This document shows positions 58,237 through 64,000 of a DNA stretch of 64,000 nt, piece by piece. Numbering within the stretch: position 1 is the stretch's first letter; each line of letters starts with the position of its first letter. This DNA is from Actinomycetes bacterium (GTDB taxonomy: Bacteria; Actinomycetota; Actinomycetes; JBOGEN01). The translations under genes were made by a program, and so were the position numbers. Below the pieces are notes generated by a model that ran no database searches, was not told the origin of the DNA, and was given only the letters and a program-made list of their open reading frames with translations. The stretch is from NCBI GenBank assembly GCA_050743265.1, contig JBOGEN010000203.1, forward strand, positions 16,907 through 80,906, read 5' to 3'.

Positions 58237-58638
58237 ATGCCCGCCACCGCCCACGCACCGGAAGACGTCGTCGCGCTGTTCGCCGCTGCCCTGCATGAGG
58301 GAGACGTCGACGACGCCCTGTCCCTGTTCGAGTCCGACGCCGTCTTCGTCGCCCAACCGGACGGACCGCCACTCACCGGCCACGACGCGATCCGGGACGC
58401 CCTGACGCAGTTCACGGCGATGAAACCCACGATGACGTCCCACATTCACAAGGTCGTCTCCACCGGGGACGTCGCCACGGTGCTCAACACCTGGCGACTC
58501 AAAGGGAGCACACCCTCAGGCGAGCTGATCGACATGGCCGGCACCAGCGCAGACGTCATGCGCCGACGGGCAGACGGCACCTGGGCCATCCTCATCGACG
58601 ACCCCTGGGGAGCGTTCCAGCCCGCGACACCCAGCTAG
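58237..58638 (+). CDS. NTF2-like / SnoaL-like (DUF4440-type) small protein
   Basis: The ATG MPATAHAPEDVVALFAAAL has GAGGGAG upstream. The chosen start overlaps the MarR stop minimally. Confidence 0.5.
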   Translation: MPATAHAPEDVVALFAAALHEGDVDDALSLFESDAVFVAQPDGPPLTGHDAIRDALTQFTAMKPTMTSHIHKVVSTGDVATVLNTWRLKGSTPSGELIDMAGTSADVMRRRADGTWAILIDDPWGAFQPATPS

Positions 58639-58897
58639 TAGACGAGGCGCTTGTTCGCCACGACCTCGCGGTACTCGCCGCTGAACCACATCTGCATCGT
58701 GCCGCTGGGGGGGTCTGCATCTCCATGCACACCAGACGGTTCCCGCCCACGCGCACGTCCATCCTCGCCACGGGGATGGCGGCACCGGCAGGGCCGTACC
58801 ACGCGGCGAAGTGTTCCGGCTCGGTCCACATCCGCCAGACCAGGCCCGCCGGAGCGTCGAAGGCCGTCCGGATGTGGCCGGATCGGAGCGGCGGCAC
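58635..58897 (-). pseudogene. SRPBCC/AHSA1-like gene remnant: G7 homopolymer frameshift and 3' truncation
   Basis: IRTAFDAPAGLVWRMWTEPEHFAAWYGPAG...VRVGGNRLVCMEMQTP and then a frame change at the ccccccc run to ...MQMWFSGEYREVVANKRLVY*. It ends about 60 aa short of a full domain, where the convergent gene begins. Confidence 0.4.
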
Positions 58898-59003
58898 CTA
58901 CGGGCTCCCATCTCACTCAGACCGTTGACGGCCGTTAGCGAAGTGAGTAACTTCGCCCCACAACGCAGGGAGGGACGCTTCAAGCCCTCGTGAGAGGAAG
59001 ACC

Positions 59004-60700
<1,697 letters not shown>

Positions 60701-60704
<4 letters not shown>

Positions 60705-61591
60705 GTCAGCTGATCGGCCTTGTCGTCAACGGGCTCTCCCTCGGCTGCATCTACGGGCTGATCGCGCTCGGCTTCGTGATCGTCTTCAAGTCCACGCGCG
60801 TCCTCAACTTCGCCCACGGGTCCGTGCTCCTGCTCGGCGCGTACGTCGTGGGTCGCACCCACGAGAGGGTCGGCTTTCCCTTGGCCGCCCTCATCGGGGT
60901 GGTCGTCGCCGCAGGCGCGGCGATGCTCGTCGAGTTCGTCGTGATGCGGCGTGTCCGTGGCGCCGACCTGGGGACGCTCGCGATTCTCACGATCGGCGTC
61001 GATGTCCTCATGCTCACCGAGCTCACCCGCCGAATCGGCACCGACGTGCTGACCACCGGCGCGCCGTGGGGCACCGACGTCGTCCAGGTGGCCGGTTCCC
61101 CTGTTCCGTTGTCACGTCTCGTCGCTGCCGCAACGACGGTCGTCCTCGTCGCGGCGTTTGCGCTTGCCATGAAGTTCTCCGTGTGGGGGGTCGCGATGCG
61201 TTCGGCCGCCGAGGACGGCGAGACCGCCTCGCTCATGGGGGTCCGGCTGGGTCGGGTCGCACTGGCGGCCTGGGGATTGGCCGGTGCGCTCGCGGCGGTC
61301 GCCGGGATCTTCCTCACCTCGTTCCCCTCGCCCGGCATCAGCACCACGGCAGGGCTCACGGCGCTCGCGGCCATACCGGCGTGGGTCCTGGGCGGATTCG
61401 ACTCGATCCCGGGCGCCCTCGTCGGCGGACTGATCACCGGGGTCGTGTCCTCGCTGGCCGCCGGGTACCAGAGCGAGCTCGCGTTCCTCGGACGCGACCT
61501 CGGGGACGTGGCGCCCTACGCGGTGATGCTGCTGGTCCTCATGATCCGGCCGTCCGGGCTCTTCGGCACACGCGAGGTGAGCCGTGTCTGA
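60701..61591 (+). CDS. livH: branched-chain amino-acid ABC transporter permease (LivH-like)
   Basis: It shares an ATGA overlap with the ATPase gene. YGLIALGFVIVFKSTRVLNFAHGS is typical of LivH. Confidence 0.8.
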
Positions 61592-62732
61592 CCGGCACGT
61601 CCCCCGTGTCCCCGTCGTGCTGGCGTGGCTCGGCCTCGTGGTCGCGGCGGCCGCCATGCCTTTCCTCCTGGACAGCTTCTGGCTGCAGACCGGGCTGTTC
61701 TGCATGGCGGCGATCATCGGGGCGATCGGACTGACCCTCCTCGTCGGGGTCGCCGGGCAGCTGTCGCTCGGACACGCGTTCTTCGTGGCCGTCGGGGCGT
61801 ATGGCTACTCCTACCTCGCCGGCCAGCCGCCGCCGGGCAGCATCGAGGGGCCGTCGGGACTCGGCCTTCCCCCGGCGGTGGCCGTGTGTGGCGCGGTGCT
61901 CGCCGCGGGTCTGGCCGGGGCGCTCTTCAGCCCGATCTCCGGACGCCTGCGCGGCATCTACCTCGGCTTGGCCTCGCTCGGCCTCGTCTTCCTCGGTCAG
62001 CACGTCCTGCTCAACGCCACCTCGCTGACCGGCGGCTTCGACGGGCGGGATGCCGAACCGTTCAGCCTGTTCGGCTTCAGTTTCAGCGACACGGACCCGG
62101 AGGGGCTGCAGGTCCTGGGCGTCCCGTTCGGGATCCTCGAGCGCCTCTGGTACGTCGGGCTCGTCCTCGTCGCGGCGGCCTGGCTGTTCGCCCGCAACGT
62201 GCTCAGGAGCCGGTCGGGTCGGGCGCTTGCCACGGTGCGCGACAGCGAGGTGGCGGCCGGGTCCCTCGGCGTGAACGTCACCCGCTACAAGGGCGCGGCG
62301 TTCGTCGTGTCCTCGATGTACGCCGGGTTGGCAGGGGTGCTCATGGCACTCACGTTCGGCCGCATCGTCCCCGACTCCTTCGGTCTGGTGCTGTCCGTCG
62401 ACTTCCTCGTGATGATCGTCATCGGCGGTCTCGGATCGGTGGGGGGGGCAGCAGTGGGTGCCGTATTCGTCACCGCTCTGCCACTGCTGCTCAACCGCTA
62501 CAGCGACGTGCTGCCGTTCCTGGCCGAGGCGGGTTCCGGCGGCATCAGCGCCGTCGAGCTCAGCCGATTCCTCTACGGCCTGGCGATCGTCGCCGTCCTG
62601 CTCTTCGCCCGGGAGGGCGTCGTCGGGCTCCTCCACACGCTCCGTCCGAAGCCTCCCGGTGGGGACCGCCCGGGACGACGACCGACAGCCACATCGACCA
62701 CGCCCCCCGACGCCCAGGAGACCGTCACATGA
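61584..62732 (+). CDS. livM: branched-chain amino-acid ABC transporter permease (LivM-like)
   Basis: The GTG overlaps the livH 3' end. GLTLLVGVAGQLSLGHAFFVAVGAYG is typical of LivM. Confidence 0.8.
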   Translation: MSDRHVPRVPVVLAWLGLVVAAAAMPFLLDSFWLQTGLFCMAAIIGAIGLTLLVGVAGQLSLGHAFFVAVGAYGYSYLAGQPPPGSIEGPSGLGLPPAVAVCGAVLAAGLAGALFSPISGRLRGIYLGLASLGLVFLGQHVLLNATSLTGGFDGRDAEPFSLFGFSFSDTDPEGLQVLGVPFGILERLWYVGLVLVAAAWLFARNVLRSRSGRALATVRDSEVAAGSLGVNVTRYKGAAFVVSSMYAGLAGVLMALTFGRIVPDSFGLVLSVDFLVMIVIGGLGSVGGAAVGAVFVTALPLLLNRYSDVLPFLAEAGSGGISAVELSRFLYGLAIVAVLLFAREGVVGLLHTLRPKPPGGDRPGRRPTATSTTPPDAQETVT

Positions 62733-63985
62733 GCAGAACGCTGACAAGCACAGTTCTCGCACTCGCGCTGGCCTTGGCCGCCTGCACCACGGCAGAGGAC
62801 CGCCGTGGGGACGGCGGCGGCGACAAGGGCGGCGTTGCCACCGGGCCCGGCGTCACCGGCGACACCATCTCGCTCGGTGCGCTCGTGGACCTGACCGCCG
62901 TCTTCGCTCCCAACAGCAAGTCGATCCTGCAGGGCAGCCGGCTGTACTGGGAGGAGCGCAACAGCGAGGGCGGTGTCTGCGGCCGCGACGTCGAGCTCGA
63001 GGTCGAGGACCACGGCTACGACCCGCAGCAGGCCGTCTCGCTGTACCGGCAGATGTCCTCCGAGGTGCTCGCCCTCTCCCCGGTCCTGGGCTCGCCGGTC
63101 ATCACCGCGCTCCTGCCCAGCTTCGAGCAGGACGACATGACCGTGGGGATGGCCGCGTGGACCTCGGCCGTCCTGCCCAACGACAACATCCAGATCACCG
63201 GCGCGACGTACGACCTCGAGATGATCAACGGGATCGACTACCTCATGCGTGAGGAGGGTCTCCAGAGGGGCGACACCGTCGGGCACATCTACTTCGAAGG
63301 CGACTTCGGCGAGAACGCGCTCGAGGGCACGCAGTTCGCCGCTGAGAAGTACGACCTCGACGTCGTCGAGCAGCGGATCGTGCCCACCGACACGGACCTG
63401 TCTACTCAGGTGAACGAGCTGCGCCGGCGTGGTGCCAAAGCGATCCTGCTCTCCGTCGGCTCACCGCAGACGGCGTCGGTCGCGAGCGTCGCGGCTGCCT
63501 CCGGCCTCGATGTGCCGATCATCGGCAACGGCCCCATCTTCACTCCGCAACTCCTGGGCACCCCTGCCGCCGAGGCGCTGGAGGCCAACGTACTGACAGT
63601 CAGCTCGGTCGCCCCACCGTCCCTGCAGCAGTCGAGCGTGGACGAGTTCCTCACCGAGTTCGAGCAGGCACACCCTGACGCCGAGCCGACGCAGAACGGA
63701 TCCATGTACGGCTACGCGTCCGGGCAGATCATGGGCGCCGCCCTCGAGCGTGCCTGTGAGAACGGCGACCTCACGCGAGCGGGAGTGCGCGAGGCGCTCC
63801 ACTCGCTGTCGAACTACGACAGCGGCGGCAGCGTCGCAGGGCCCTTGGACTACAGCAACCCCGCGGAGGCACCCACGCGGATGGTCTACGTGTCGCGGGT
63901 GAACGGGGACGTCCCCGGGGGCCTCGAGGCAGTCGGCGACCCGTTCGTCTCCCCAGTCGCCGAGGAGTACGGGTTCGGCGGCTGA
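62729..63985 (+). CDS. ABC transporter substrate-binding lipoprotein (LivJ/amide-urea-branched-chain type)
   Basis: It shares an ATGA overlap with livM and has AGGAGA upstream. The lipobox is LALAACTT. A periplasmic binding protein type-1 fold follows. Confidence 0.75.
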   Translation: MSRTLTSTVLALALALAACTTAEDRRGDGGGDKGGVATGPGVTGDTISLGALVDLTAVFAPNSKSILQGSRLYWEERNSEGGVCGRDVELEVEDHGYDPQQAVSLYRQMSSEVLALSPVLGSPVITALLPSFEQDDMTVGMAAWTSAVLPNDNIQITGATYDLEMINGIDYLMREEGLQRGDTVGHIYFEGDFGENALEGTQFAAEKYDLDVVEQRIVPTDTDLSTQVNELRRRGAKAILLSVGSPQTASVASVAAASGLDVPIIGNGPIFTPQLLGTPAAEALEANVLTVSSVAPPSLQQSSVDEFLTEFEQAHPDAEPTQNGSMYGYASGQIMGAALERACENGDLTRAGVREALHSLSNYDSGGSVAGPLDYSNPAEAPTRMVYVSRVNGDVPGGLEAVGDPFVSPVAEEYGFGG

Positions 63986-64000
63986 GTCTCAGGCGCCGTC

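Noticed and set aside
58938-58956. Hairpin GCGAAGT-gagta-ACTTCGC upstream of the ABC ATPase gene.
   Set aside because: It is not preceded by a same-strand gene, so it is not a convincing terminator. It could be regulatory, but there is no further evidence.

Overview
This is a high-GC (about 70%) actinobacterial chromosomal segment with dense coding on both strands. It contains no rRNA, tRNA or CRISPR array that I could recognise. The main blocks in order are as follows. (1) The 3' end of an arylsulfatase gene and several small stress or hydrolase genes. (2) A two-component system and an NAD-epimerase flanking a translationally coupled glycoconjugate module: a GT-C-like membrane protein, a polyprenyl-phosphate-sugar-synthase-like GT2, DUF2064, a SAM methyltransferase, a membrane-anchored sulfite-oxidase-family molybdoenzyme and a small membrane protein. 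(3) A lower-GC gene for a TIR-domain protein with a transmembrane helix and a Cys-containing extracytoplasmic domain. (4) A giant secreted protein of about 2374 aa with two ThuA domains, a PQQ-type sugar dehydrogenase propeller, a CBM6-like domain, four ConA-like lectin domains and several PKD domains. (5) A CzcO-like flavoprotein plus a signal-peptide-less multicopper oxidase carrying a tandemly duplicated CPxH-CPxCGM metal-binding insert. (6) A complete nitrate-assimilation operon with 1-4 nt start/stop overlaps between genes, narK-nasC-nasB-nirB-nirD-hemD::wHTH. (7) A WYL regulator divergent from an ABM monooxygenase and a frameshifted AlkD-like DNA-alkylation-repair gene. (8) A gene graveyard holding an ArsR fragment, an internally deleted hen1 RNA 2'-O-methyltransferase with no pnkp partner, and an alpha/beta-hydrolase tail. 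(9) An IclR-controlled catabolic island with a CoA-transferase, a truncated crotonase, tctBAC, MmgE/PrpD, an SDR and a VOC protein. (10) An epimerase coupled to an ECF41-type sigma factor. (11) A liv-type branched-chain amino-acid ABC transporter. Several genes carry apparent frameshifts, at least one of them in a G7 homopolymer, so some may be sequencing artefacts rather than real pseudogenes. All calls rest on reading the translated ORFs for family motifs; no database search was run.
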